From contig JBHGNT010000013.1 in NCBI GenBank assembly GCA_043228905.1, positions 20,522,001-20,586,000 on the forward strand: a DNA stretch of 64,000 nucleotides. Reading direction: 5' to 3'. Below are positions 19,989 to 32,062 of the stretch, piece by piece (the stretch's first letter is position 1; each line of letters starts with the position of its first letter). The stretch is from Azolla caroliniana (lineage: Eukaryota > Plantae > Polypodiophyta). The position numbers and the translations under genes are program-made. The notes under the pieces are model-generated. The model saw only the letters and a program-made list of their open reading frames with translations, did no database searches and had not been told where the DNA came from.

Positions 19989-21431
19989 TGTTAGATATAA
20001 TCATATATTGACATATTCGCATTCGTGGAGGTTACCAAACGAATGCATACGAATACGCATACGAATAGATGAAAAAATAATCGTTAACAAAAAAAGAGTT
20101 CATAAAGTCCCTACTTTTTAGTTTCTTAGATATAAATATCATATATCATATAAGTTATAAGTTATAACTATAAGTTATAACAAAGAGGAATTTGACAATA
20201 AAAAAAGGTATATTTTATTTCACATTAAAACATTAAAAAGGAGACTTAGACTAATAATATTTTTATAATAGATGTAAAACATAAAAGTATTTGTTTTATT
20301 TTTAATAAATAAATAAAAGGTTCATTAATTCCCCACTTTTTACTCTTCCACAAAATTAAGGGGACCTCACACTAATATTATTTTTATAATATGTATAAAC
20401 GTAAAAGTATTTGTTTTATTTTTTCATAAAACAATAAATATAAATAAATCAATAATAAGTAAATAAATAAAAGGTTCATTGATTCTTCACTTTTTACTCT
20501 CCCACAAAATTTGATATTTTTATCTAACATTAAAAATGGGACTTCATACTAATAATATTTTTATAATAGATGTAAAACTTAAAAGTATTTGTTTTATTTT
20601 TATTAAATAAATAAATAAAGGTTCATTAATCCCACCCTTTTTACTCAAATGGTCAAATAAATAATAAATAGTATTTGTTTTTTTAATAATAAATCATAAA
20701 TAAATGAACGAATGGTTCTATAATATTCTTGGGGTCATTTTGTATCCTCGAATATTACGGATAGAGATTACCACGAATATCACGCATGGGTCTATCTATG
20801 GATATAATCAATGATCACCCAAGTTGTCAATCTATCCCCATGTGTACTCTTAGAGTGCACATTTTGTGATAGCGCCCCAAATGAGTAGCTATTGTGCAAC
20901 TCGACCATATGGGTCGATAAGGTGTCAATCTAGGAATCCGTACATGCGTAGGACACAATGTATTTAGGAAAGAGTGAAGTAAGCAAATAGGATTGGCTAA
21001 TCAAGTCAACTAGAAGAATATTTTGTGGTCAAGTTACAATGTACTTAGTCTTAAAGTATGTGTCATGAACTTTAAGATAAGTACTATCTAGAACTTGTAT
21101 CTAGGGAGTTGGATCATAGTAAATGACAAGTCAATTGACAGAAGAGGAATATCTTCACTACTATCAAATGACATGCACATTTAATGTTACACTCATACCA
21201 AATAGAGAATATAATCCACTCTCTTACACAGTGGTGTGATCATCATTTGTCCCCACTAATTTTGTCGTGAGTTGGTCCAATTCCCATCTAAGCTCTAAGG
21301 TGTGAGCGCATGGGTGAACTACCATTGTGAGCTACTCTCATATGTAATAGAAGTTTTGTTTTCATATATATATCCATCTGTTTGGTTGTAACTCTATATA
21401 CCTATCTAATCGATTCTCAATATTTCTAAAA
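19989..21431 (+). repeat. Copia 3' LTR, interrupted by a DNA transposon
   Basis: TGTTAGATATAAT, then the insertion, then resumption at GATATAATCAATGATCACCC (20801); ends TATTTCTAAAA. Confidence 0.93.
20002..20800. mobile_element. Non-autonomous hAT-like DNA transposon (MITE), 799 bp
   Basis: 8-bp TSD GATATAAT (19994-20001 and 20801-20808); imperfect TIRs CATATATTGAC / GTCTATCTATG; subterminal ATTCG/CGAAT motifs; AT-rich interior with 3 diverged repeats (about 20236, 20358, 20535). Confidence 0.85.
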
Positions 21432-21447
21432 AAATGTTCACAAGCCT

Positions 21448-21545
21448 GACTATCTTGGTTTTGAAAGAATACATTTAACCAAATTTAGTTATAAGCACCA
21501 CTAAAGAAGTATGGATTAAAGTACTTTCTATCCCCTAAAATGTTC
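21448..21545. repeat. Second unit of a pre-existing tandem duplication; the Copia inserted into the first unit (15786-15861)
   Basis: TGACTATCTTGGTTTTGAAAGAATACATTTAACCAA..GATTAAAGTACTTT..CCTAAAATG is present on both sides of the Copia. Confidence 0.8.
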
Positions 21546-24500
21546 AACCTTGCCTTTGCTTGACTTAGAGATCTAACATGTTGCAGGAAAGCACATTTGT
21601 GTTGCGAATGTGTTGTTAAGAACTAGGCATAAGAATGAAGAAGAAATACTCATAGAAATGAAGATATGAGCTTAGAGTCAATATCCTCTCTTATACATGC
21701 TTCATGGTCAAAAGAGGAATACAAATTCTTCATCAAGGATGGCTTTTGGAAATATTCGAAGAGAAGGTTGGAGTATTATCCTTTGGAGGACAATGGGGAT
21801 CCCTAATGAAGGTTCTCGTATCTAAGTGGATTAAACACCTTTTCATTAACATTTTTCTTTGATTTATTTTTATCCTAATTAGTTCATTTCAATGGTTCCA
21901 TTTACATAAAGTGCAATGTTGTAGTTCCATGCGAATGAGATCTAACCTATGCAAAGAACGACTCCCCTTTCTTTTTTAATCATGAGAATTTGTTGCTACC
22001 ATGCAACAAACGGGTTAGCATGTTTCTTATTATGCAATTGCAGAATTCAGTCATTTTCCTTTTCTGATCATGCACCACTTCGTTTAGTTATAGTATTGCA
22101 GGAACATTACAAAATCTCTAGGTTTAGAATTCCAAATCATGTGTTTCTTTGTCAAGAGTGTGCTCCTACTGTATATAATATTTGGAATAAATATGACTAT
22201 TCTTATGATTATGCACTATCTAGTGTTCAGAAGGCTCTTGGTGAAATACAACAAATTTTCCATTTTAAGTCTAAACAAATATTCTATGCGTCTTTTACTA
22301 AAATAGGAAGACTTCGTAGGGGATTGAGATCCTTGCAACATCTACAAGAAAAAAGACCATATTCAAGTTATATAAGTTCCCGAGTGGCACAAATAGGGAA
22401 TCAGATATTGGAATTAGAAAAGATTTCTGTTGATTTTAATTATCATAGTATATCATCTACATGGGCAGAATCGGGAGATAAAGTCAATAAAATGTTCTTT
22501 GCAGTGCATAATCATCATAAGTCGACTGTTAGGATTTCTCGGTTAAAATGTCCTGATGGTTCTTATACCACTGATCCTAATCAGATGTTTCCAATAGCCT
22601 CTGATTATTATGAAGCTTTATTGAAAGCTAGATCCTTTTCTGGGGATGATTTAGTTAAAAGGGACATCATATGGTCAACGGTTCATAAGAGAGTGTCGGT
22701 ACAACTTTCAGAATGTCTTCTGCAACCTTTAAGTTCTCAAGAGATTCTTAAAGCAGTAAAAGCCCTTGCAAAGGATGTTTGTCCTGGATTGGATGGGATG
22801 GGATATACAATATTGGGATTTGATAGGTGATGGCCTTACCAAAACTTATCAACAGATCTTAAACTTAGGAAATATGCCACAAGAATGGAATGAGGGGTTA
22901 ATCTATATGATTCCTAAAACAAATGGACAATTAGAAGAACTTCGTCATTGGAGACCAATTACTTTGTTGAATGTTATTTACAAGATATTAGTAAAAATGA
23001 TAGCTAGAAGGTTACAACCTTATCTTCCAGAGCTAATTCATCATTCCCAAACCGGTTTTATGAAAGAGCGAAGTATTTTTGACAATATTATTCTTTTTTG
23101 GGAAATGGTGGTATTTGCTGAATTACATAAACAAGATCTAGCAGTGCTATTTCTTGATTTTGAAAAAGCTTTTGATAGAGTGGATTGGGATTTTATGGAG
23201 GGAACATTGCTTAAGATGGGTTTTCCCAACACATGGATACGAGGAGTGTCAACATTATATCGTCATGCACATAGTTCTCTTTTATTTGCAAGGGATATTG
23301 GTAGGCGGTTTTCTATTTCAAGATCTGTGCGACAGGGATGTCCACTTGCTCCCTTTCTGTTTTTATTAGTATCTGAAGCGTTTTTAGTACATCTAAATTC
23401 TCAAGATGTAAATATTAAAGGTTTAGCACTATCTGTGGAAAACGATGGCGTGGATAGTGAGTTTGCTGATGATACAGCTCTATATGTTGCAGCCTCACAA
23501 GTTAATTTGTTACATGTGCAAAAAGTTGTGGATGATTTCTCGCATGCATCCGGAGCATTGATAAATTGGGATAAATCATCAGGTTTTTGGATTGCTTCGA
23601 GTGATCCGCCAGTTAATATACCTACCTCAGGTTTTACATGGATACCTCATGGTCAATCCATTAGATATTTGGGTTGTAGAGTGGGTTTGGGTTTAAATGT
23701 AGAGGATATGATTGCACCCTTACTGTTAACATTAAGGAATAAGTTAATATATTGGAACAAGGAGAAGTTATCCTTAGCGAGACGTGTTTTGTAGGTAACT
23801 CAGTGCTTTTGTCTTCGATTTGGTATATAGCATCTACCTGGCTATTTTCTAGGTCAATAATGCTTAAAGTTCAACGCCTAGTACGCAATTTCATTTGGGG
23901 GAACACTATTGCAGACAATTCTATAGCAAAGGTAGCTTGGTCAGTTCTTATACAATCTAAACAGAAAGGAGGTCTAGGTTTGATTGATCCTTTTATGCAA
24001 AGTAAAGCCTTAATTGCTAAACATGTTGTTAGGAGTTTATTGCCAAGAGATGAGTTATGGAAAAAGCTATGGATTCATCACTTACATAAGGTCAAGCCCT
24101 CAGTAGGAGGGCAATGGCATGATAGTCTTAGGTGGTTTTTTAATTCACATTTTCCATTACCTAAGTGCAATGTTGGTTCATTATGTTTCTTTAGTGGAAT
24201 TTTTCGGGCATGGGAAACTCTTCAGCAATCACTTGTTTTCTTGCCTCCGAAAAATTATCATCAATTCATGTGTCAGCCTTTAATATGGAATCCTTTATTT
24301 ACTGACGAAGTTGCATGTGTTTTGGGTCTACGACCGAGGTTATCTTGGGCGACAATGGATAGTGGGCCAGCCCATACAGTTGCGGATTGGATAAAGTTTT
24401 TACAAACTTCAGCACACGACCAAAAGATTATGTTGTCTAATTTAAGAGGGGCAAGGATAATGTTCTCTCAATTGTCTATGGTGTATCAGGTCACACTACC

Positions 24501-25751
24501 AACTTTGCAGTTTGATCATTTTCAAAGTTGGTACGGTATGTTTTCGACATTTAATGTACTTATAGGAGCTCGTTTATATCATCGTAATGGCAATTTTTAT
24601 TGTTATGAAGTTTTGGACAATGGTAGATTGTTATTAGTGGCGGACTAGTCTCCAATTATGTCCAATGCAAAGCAGTTGCCAATTAGAGTAATTGCTAGAT
24701 TAGATAATAAAAAATTGATCGATCCTAGTCCGTTAATTGCTAAGTATGCATCTCAAATTTGGGTTTTACACTCTAGGCCACTTGTCGACCTGCAGTGGGA
24801 CCCATCAGATTATGGTTGGAAATTGTCCATGTCTGACACAGCGAATAAGATCCTTCCATTCTTCTCATATTCGGTGGTGTTCGGTAGAAACTTTATGTTG
24901 AATCAGACCGACTCAGTCCCAGCGGCAAACAAGTATTGGGAGGAAGGTAATGTCTCGTCGGCTCGTATGCGGATGTTTTGGAAACGGTTTTGGGTAACTA
25001 AATGTATGAATAAGATATTGCATTTTCGTTGGTTGATGATTCATTATGCATTGCCAGTAGGTGAACTATTGAGGGGTTCAGTGCGTGATCGGTCATGTGT
25101 TATGTGTGGGTTTGCATCTGAGTCATTGCATCATGTATTTTGGGAATGTTTGTTCGCTAAAAGGTTTTGGTTTCGAATTCTTACAAGGCTTTTAGGTCGT
25201 AAATATACCTCGGCTTTCTTCACGTGGGGTGCAGTCTTTTGGGGAATGTTGGATCAACAATCAGCCTTTTATCATTATCAGCATTCTTCTTTGTCTTTAC
25301 ATGTGAGAAGTTTTCAAGTATATGCTAGTTCAAGTTCCTTGCAAGGAATCAAGTTCTTCTCGCGGAGTTATGTTTGGCAAAGTGTTTCTTCTTTGGGTTT
25401 ATGGGTTCTTTGGAAAGCTAGGTGTTCCAAGCTATACAAGGATGAAAATACTCATGTTGTAGAACAACTTGAGTCTTTCTGGGACCTACTGGTACATACG
25501 GTAAAAGGTGATTATAACAGTTGTAAGGGATCAGGAGACACAACTAGTCGAAAAAGAAGGAGAATTAGAAGAGTTTGGTCATCTATTCCTATCATGTTGG
25601 ATGCAAAGGCTAATGTCAAGTGGAATTACGTACCACCTCGTTGGTTGTTCCCACCACCAGCACCGTCCTTAGAGCACACAACATAAATCAACATGGAAGA
25701 GGTGATTCTGGCACATAGCAAGAGTCTTTTCATAAAAGAAGCTTTTGGCGG

Positions 25752-26614
25752 TGTCATGATGTGGCGTGCTCGAGGGTGGGAAAAACCGGCGAAAAGGGGG
25801 TCAAAAATGTGCATGTGCAATGTGTGTGCACACAAAAGCGATTAATTGTGCATATGCAAAATAAAAAGGAAAAGAAAGGGTAAAAGGGAGGTATAGAAGC
25901 TCGTGCAAAAAGTAAGAGAGAGGTGAGATAAAGGGTATAGGGGAGACAGGCTATAAATTTATAGAGATAGACTTACATATTATATAAGAAAGAGTTAGTG
26001 GGTTAGTGGATAGTTACATTGACTACTAGCTAGATGTGCATGGTTTGAATCTAGTCTTACAGTGCTGCGTGATTTAAGGAATTTTAGTCCTTTTTCATTG
26101 AAGACAAATTTGGCGACCCCCCCTTCTTTTTTTTCCTATAAAAGGAGGTCGAGGGGGGGTTCATTTGGAGAGACATTTTGGGAGGAGGAGACTATCGCCA
26201 ATTTTCCTTCGAAGCTCTTCATCTCCTTATTCACCACATTTTTCTTCATCTCATACCCCTTCATCCCCCCATTGCCACGTGCTCGTGAGCCCAAGCTTCG
26301 TTGGCTCGACGTTGCTCCGCCCCGTTCATCGTTGCGAGCCCGTGTGCTTGCCGTTCGGGTGGTCGTGGTTCGTTGGGATTGGCATTTTGGTGGTGCTCGT
26401 GTGTTCGTCTTCGCCGTGTTCGGTTTTGCCTTGTCTCCAACGAGAGCCACCGGCCTCACAAAACAAAAGGGGAACGAGACCTTGCTCGGGAAGGGGTGGG
26501 GAAGTAGTATTGTCATAAAGCAAACCTCGGGTCTTCTCTATCCCTTGAGTACTCCCTAGTCCGAGACCCCCGTGGTCCCGCCCAAGTAACACGCGCGCGT
26601 GAAACTTCGCGACA
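25752..26614 (+). mobile_element. Solo LTR (863 bp, probably Ty3/Gypsy) inserted in the LINE 3' UTR
   Basis: Ends are TGTCATGA...TCGCGACA, an inverted repeat once CpG decay is allowed for; flanked by a 4-bp duplication GCGG (25748-25751 and 26615-26618); TATAAAA at 26137 followed by a GC-richer R/U5-like region. Confidence 0.7.
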
Positions 26615-26794
26615 GCGGTAATCTTCGATATGATTGGTGTGGATAGTAGAGCATATGCTTTACCTTAGATAGGGATGACTAATAATGAAACTTTAGAGAG
26701 GGATGATTGATAATGATTTTCATAAGGATACGACAGTGTGCATTCATGTTTGTTTAAGTTATTGGGGATACTCGATGACAGTCAGCTGATTCAT

Positions 26795-27560
26795 GCGGAT
26801 TTCCGTGGACATTGGCAAGATGCTAATCGGCGAGATGGTTGATGGGGACTGAATGGAGAAATTTTTCTGTGATAAAGATGAGTGAAGATGGTGGGGGGGT
26901 CGAAGCCGACTAACATGACTGGATGAGGAAACTTTTACACTAATTTCCGTTTTTAATACAGGTTTTTCGTGGACATTGGCAAGATGCTAATCGGCAAGAT
27001 GGCTGATGTGGACTGATTGAAGAATTTTTTGTGATAAGCATGAGGGAAGATGGTGGGGGGGTCGAAGCCGACAATCAAGAGTGGGTGAGGAAATTTTTAG
27101 ACTAATCTTTTGTTGTTAATACAGGATTTTCGTGGACATTGGCAACACGCTAATCGCCGAGATGGCTGATGTGGACTGAATGAAGAAATTTTTTCTGTGA
27201 TAAGGATGAGTGAAGATGGTGGGGAGGTCGAAGTCGACTATCATGAGTGGGTGAGGAAGCTTTTACACTAATTTTTTGTTGTTAATACAGGATTTGCGGG
27301 GACATTGGCGAGGCAAGATGCTAATCGGCGAGATGGCTGATGTGGACTGAATGAAGAAATTTTTCTGTGATAAGGATGAGTGAAGATGGTGGGGGGGTCG
27401 AAGCCGACTATCAAGAGTGGGTGAGGAAACTTTTGGACTAATTTTTGGTTGTTAACACAGGATTTTCATGGACATTGGCATTAGCAAGATGTTAATCGGC
27501 GAGATGATTGATGTGGACTGAATGAAGAAATTCTTCTCTGATAAGGATGAGTGAAGATGA
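26795..27560. repeat. Tandem array, ~165-bp unit x ~4.6, within the LINE 3' UTR
   Basis: GGACATTGGC..AAGATGCTAATCGGCGAGATGG..GGTGGGGGGGTCGAAGCCGAC..ACTAAT..TAATACAGG recurs at about 26807, 26971, 27134, 27300 and 27470. Confidence 0.95.
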
Positions 27561-27943
27561 GTGTTGATGCGAAGGAGATTCAATACAAATATAGTTTCAA
27601 TGATCGTACTACATTATTTTCTAGTCCTTATCAAAGGCTGTTATTAAGTGGACTTGGAAACACCTCGAGGGAGTGTCTACTTAACAAGATGCAGCTTCAT
27701 GGAATGTTGTAAAGATACTTGAAAACAGACTCTTCAGTGGTCTTATGATTTCGGTGGCAACAATTCATCGACACCAACCATTGGAATTCATCGACAAAAA
27801 AGGTGGTTGGATTGCTAAGACTACATGACTGTTCAAGAAGTTTTTACTTAAATATGTTGCAATATTGATTGTAATAGTGGACTGTTTTGTATATTGACTT
27901 CTTTAATACCAATGGAGGATATGTTTTTGGAAAAAAAAAAAAA

Positions 27944-29100
27944 TCAGTCATACACTTCCTTGTTGTGGTGGTGTAGGACCACAAGTATCCATTCGAATTT
28001 AATGGGATTGTTTTCCTATGCACAAAGGATATATCGTTATATGTACGCCCAAATCTTGCCAACTTCATCTCCTAGGATGGTATTCACTCCACTGAGGGCT
28101 TCATTTTTCAATTTTTTGACCAAACTTTTGTGACTAGATCCTTCATACACACACCCGATGAATTATCTAGCCTAAAAGTATCTAAGGAATAAATGAGCCA
28201 AGCAATCCACGAAGACAATGTTGCTAGTGTGAAGTGCAAGCAAGATCATTTTGTAATTTTGCTTTGGCTTTTCAACATCGTTGCTATCAATTTGTGATCA
28301 TAGTCAATTATGTATTGTTATAAGCAATTTGATGCGTCGTCACAATGTTCCTTGTAATTGCAACCTTTTTAACACGATATGCACAACAACAAACTTATGA
28401 TTCTCAACATAAAATCAAACAAAGGAAAAGATAATATTGTGTGGTTGTCGAGGTATATATTTTGAAGTATTGCATTCACCGTTCTCTTTAAGATGAAAAA
28501 TTAAGATGTCATTGTGTATGTCAAACACATGATGGGTAATTTGATATGATAAACCTAAGCAAGAAAATTCTATGTATTCGACGTTGAAGTCTAGGAAAGT
28601 ATTAATATGTTTGTTACTGCAAAAGCTCAACAAGTTAGTCATATAAGTAATAAATGTTTTTGTTGACTTTGTTTGCTAGTCTTCCACAATTGTCTCCTTG
28701 ATCAATATAACTTTACACATGATTACTACTAGACTAATATTATAGTCTACCTAAGGATCTATCCATAATGGTGAGATTGGGAGGGTTTCTGACTTTGCAT
28801 CCTCCTTGACAATATGCAGTGTATGTACCTCCTTGTGCCATTAAATGGGCAACTATGCTTCAATGAGTCACCACCTTGAACGTATAGGCTTATCCTTCGA
28901 TGTCGTTATGTCTAGTGAGGTTACAACAATATGTTTTGTTCCAAGCATGTGAGAAATGTCTAACATAAAGTTGTGTGTAGTTCTCTTGATGATAAGAAAA
29001 TGAAGAGTCGTGATGGTTCACCATCTTCATATATCTCTCTCAAAAAAAATTAAGTCATTTAAAGGTTTACTTAAAAATGGTGATCTGTTCAATTTCTTGG
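27944..29100 (-). pseudogene. Degenerate coding-like relic of unknown (probably TE) origin, continuing at ~21900-22054 across the LINE insertion
   Basis: Joining the two LINE flanks gives a minus-strand reading WILVVLHHHNKEVYD*ILQLHNKKHANPFVAW*QQILMIKKERGVVLCIG; family not recognised. Confidence 0.25.
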
Positions 29101-32005
29101 TTTGTGAGTTATGCACAAGGCCTTTCATGAATGGTAGGAAAGTAATATGGAAAAAGAGCATAGAAAGAAGAGACAATAAATCTATTAATCATACCACCTT
29201 TGGGCAATATCAAGTATGTCCACATATCCACTACATATCACCACAATGCAAATTAATATACTTTAGGAGCAAGAAACACGTGCGCATGCACTAAATATAC
29301 ATGCAAGCATGATAGAATTTCATCAAAACATTATATATACTCCTTGTCACTGCTAGGTGTCAAGAAAACTTGGTTCATTTCCTTCTTACATTTTATAATC
29401 GTTTGTTACAAGAGGACAATGTGATTGGTTGATGAACAATAACTATTGAAAGGTAGTTTCTATTCTCCTTTACTTTGTCTTCTATGAGCATATCCCCTCA
29501 TATTCCTCTCACTCTGAGACATTCCAAGAGTGAGAGAGACAACATGGGGTGCCCACATATCTATAGATATAAATGTAACAATAGAACATGATGATCCGAT
29601 ATAATTGCATCGGCTTTCTAAACTAAAAACAATAAAATATATATTGGTTTTGCGCTTGCTAAATTTTTTAAGACCGTGTAAATGTGTGCTCTCTTTAGTG
29701 GCAATCATCTACTCTTAATATTGTGATGACTAACATAAAGTTGTGCTATTATATGCACTCGTGTATGTATGGTTTATATGCACAATAAAAAAATGAAATC
29801 CATTATGGGTTTTGATTTAACTCGAGTATGTGAATGATTCCTTGCGATATTTTCAACATGCATTGCAAACGTAACAACTTTGTATCACCCAAAAATGGTA
29901 ATCTCCCAAATATTAATGTTACATGAGCAATTTTATAGCAAATTGTGCCACACTCAATTGAAAAGCCATGATTGAATATTAGCTTAAATTTGATGCTAAC
30001 AAATTTTACAAGCATGTATATAGTAATTTGTAACATTAGTTCCATGACTACTTAGAAAAAAGTTATTGAGAAGGCAAGAGCACGAGATGATCATTGTGAG
30101 CTCATAAATATTTCATATGCGTAGGACCATGCCTCATGCTCATCTTCATCGATCACTAAATGTTCTTCTATCTTATTCATGGGTAAATAACAAAATTAAG
30201 GCCTTTATGCTTTTATCAATGTGTCATGTTGTCCCCGAATATATTAATAATTTATCCACGATGGAAATCAGAATTAACTCTAAAAGGACGCAACAAATAA
30301 GCATGACTTAATATAATCCATTCTTTTTGTTCTCGATGTAAAGTACATGCCCTACAACGAGAGGTAAAAAAAATCCGTGCATTATTAGCGATGTGTAAAT
30401 CAAAAATGAAAAGACGCGAGGTCACGCTTTTCACAATGGGCTCCCCAGTTTTCATTCACAATACATGGAAACGTGAGGTGCACTTTTTTCCTACCCACTC
30501 CATGGCTTAACTCTTATGACATGTGTATCATCAGTATTATACTTTAAAAATTTGTAATTCGAAACTAAGATAAAGACAACATAGTCAAATTTATAAGTGG
30601 TGGGAATTGAAGCTTCACCTTCAGTTTACTAATATATAGGTTATGCCCCAGAACAAGACAAATTGGAGACCCATATCCAAAAGCACTACATTTTAAGGTA
30701 CAAATCTTAATTTCATTTGAAGGTTTAAACTTGCAAGAGCTACCTAGATTTCACTCTATAGAAATAAATGCTCATTTCATGGCACATGCTATCATTTTAA
30801 CGCAACAATGAGGATCTTATAATAGCACAAGCCTCCCTATAATGTGTCCCCCCAAATTTCAATAAAAGTGTGTATGTAGTAACAATATGTACATGTACTC
30901 AAAATGGATTACATAGATAAATAATGAGCCGGATAAAACGCACGTGACTAGAAATTGCAAAAACCATTTGTTTTTCTATTGATATACAATAACGAGATTT
31001 TAGTTGTTGTACAAAAGGATCCCAATAATGACATAGACTTGCTAGCACATTTCAACGGTAGAACGAAACTCTTTTCATGTGTTATAATTTCTACCTTTTC
31101 TTAATACTCGTGGGCCTTAACTATTTTGATGGTCCCATTACCTCCAAAGGTTTATTTTGGAAGGCTATTGCATGGTGTTACAATCATAACACTACCTATA
31201 TCATGGCTAAGTTAACTAAAATCTTGCTTGGCAGCCTTTTGTTACATCCTTATGTAGTCATCGAGATCAAATAACCATAATCTTTTAGAAAAGAAACCAA
31301 TGCCCAATAGACCACGTTTTTGTTTGTAGAGTAGTCTACCCAATACTACTTTACAAAGCTGTATGGATGCAAGAATGAGAAGGGAGGGAAAGTCATGCAT
31401 CTACATTCGTCTCTGACCAATGGGTTTTTGATACATTTGCAATAAGTTTTGGCACTCCACGTTCTCGATGATGTCACACCAAATCATATATGGATTTCTC
31501 TTGTAAGGGCTCAATCTAAAACTAACCTAACACAAGAAACTGTATTGTCCACATTCTCGAGCTCTCGATCATAGCGTACCACATCTTCTGGAACCAATGG
31601 ACGAGGAAGTTTGTCCAACTATGTGCTCAATTAGAATAGAACCCATCGTAAGGTGAGCAATGACATTGAGATGCTCAGGATAAGCCTGAGCCCGAAAGAC
31701 AAAAGAAGAAGAAGAAGAAGAAGCTAGGGTTTATGTGGCACATCATCGACATGGACGTAAACGAATGGCAAATGGTGGCATGCCAGAGGCAAGAGATGGC
31801 CTGGGGTGGGGGTCTTAAGCGTGGCGAGAGACAGATCGAGATAACACGAAGCAAATGTCTAAGATTGTGTCTCTAGGAGGAGGAGGAGGAGGAGGGTAAT
31901 GAGGGTGTGAACCCAAGCCCACCAGGCTAGATTGAGAGATTTGAGATTTTCTCTACACAAAGAAAGAAAGCCCTTTAAGGGTGGTGGTAAGTAGTAGCAA
32001 AAGAG

Positions 32006-32048
<43 letters not shown>

Positions 32049-32062
32049 GAACAGAGCTTTCC

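Larger units (their letters stand above)
15862..21431 (+). mobile_element. Ty1/Copia LTR retrotransposon with both LTRs but defective coding region
   Basis: LTRs at 15862-16493 and 19989-21431; TSD AAATG (15857-15861 and 21432-21436); degenerate tRNA-iMet PBS TTGTATTAGAGC at 16494; PPT TAAGGGGGCA before 19989. Domains: gag (KLDGTNYTLWKFKM), integrase (WHERFGH..CDAC, VDDFSR, PQQNGVVERRNRT), RT (FKARIVAQGYSQ, QMDVK) and RNase H (YCDSDWA, SSTEVEY), in Copia order INT-RT-RH, with many stops and frameshifts. Confidence 0.95.
22055..27943 (+). mobile_element. 5'-truncated L1-clade LINE (ORF2 pseudogene, long 3' UTR, poly(A))
   Basis: Starts at the endonuclease end FSDHAPL. RT motifs PGLDG, WRPITLLNVIYKI, LDFEKAFDRVDW, RQGCPLAP, FADD, YLG, GGLGL; zf-RVT CVMCG..ESLHHVFWEC. 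Frameshifts at about 22800 and 23790, in-frame TAG at 24646, stop at 25686. A13 tail at 27931-27943; candidate TSD TCAGTCAT (22047-22054 and 27944-27951). Confidence 0.9.

Noticed and set aside
25696-26620. Endogenous caulimovirus suggested by the 35S-like motif and the short ORF MEEVILAHSKS
   Set aside because: The adjacent RT is non-LTR L1 type, with no movement protein, coat protein or viral RT/RNase H. The ORF crosses the solo-LTR junction.
26795-27560. Tandem array as a CRISPR array or hammerhead-ribozyme (retrozyme) repeats
   Set aside because: Whole units repeat with no unique spacers and there are no cas genes. CTGATGT and CTGAATGA do not match the CUGANGA core, and I could not build the three stems.
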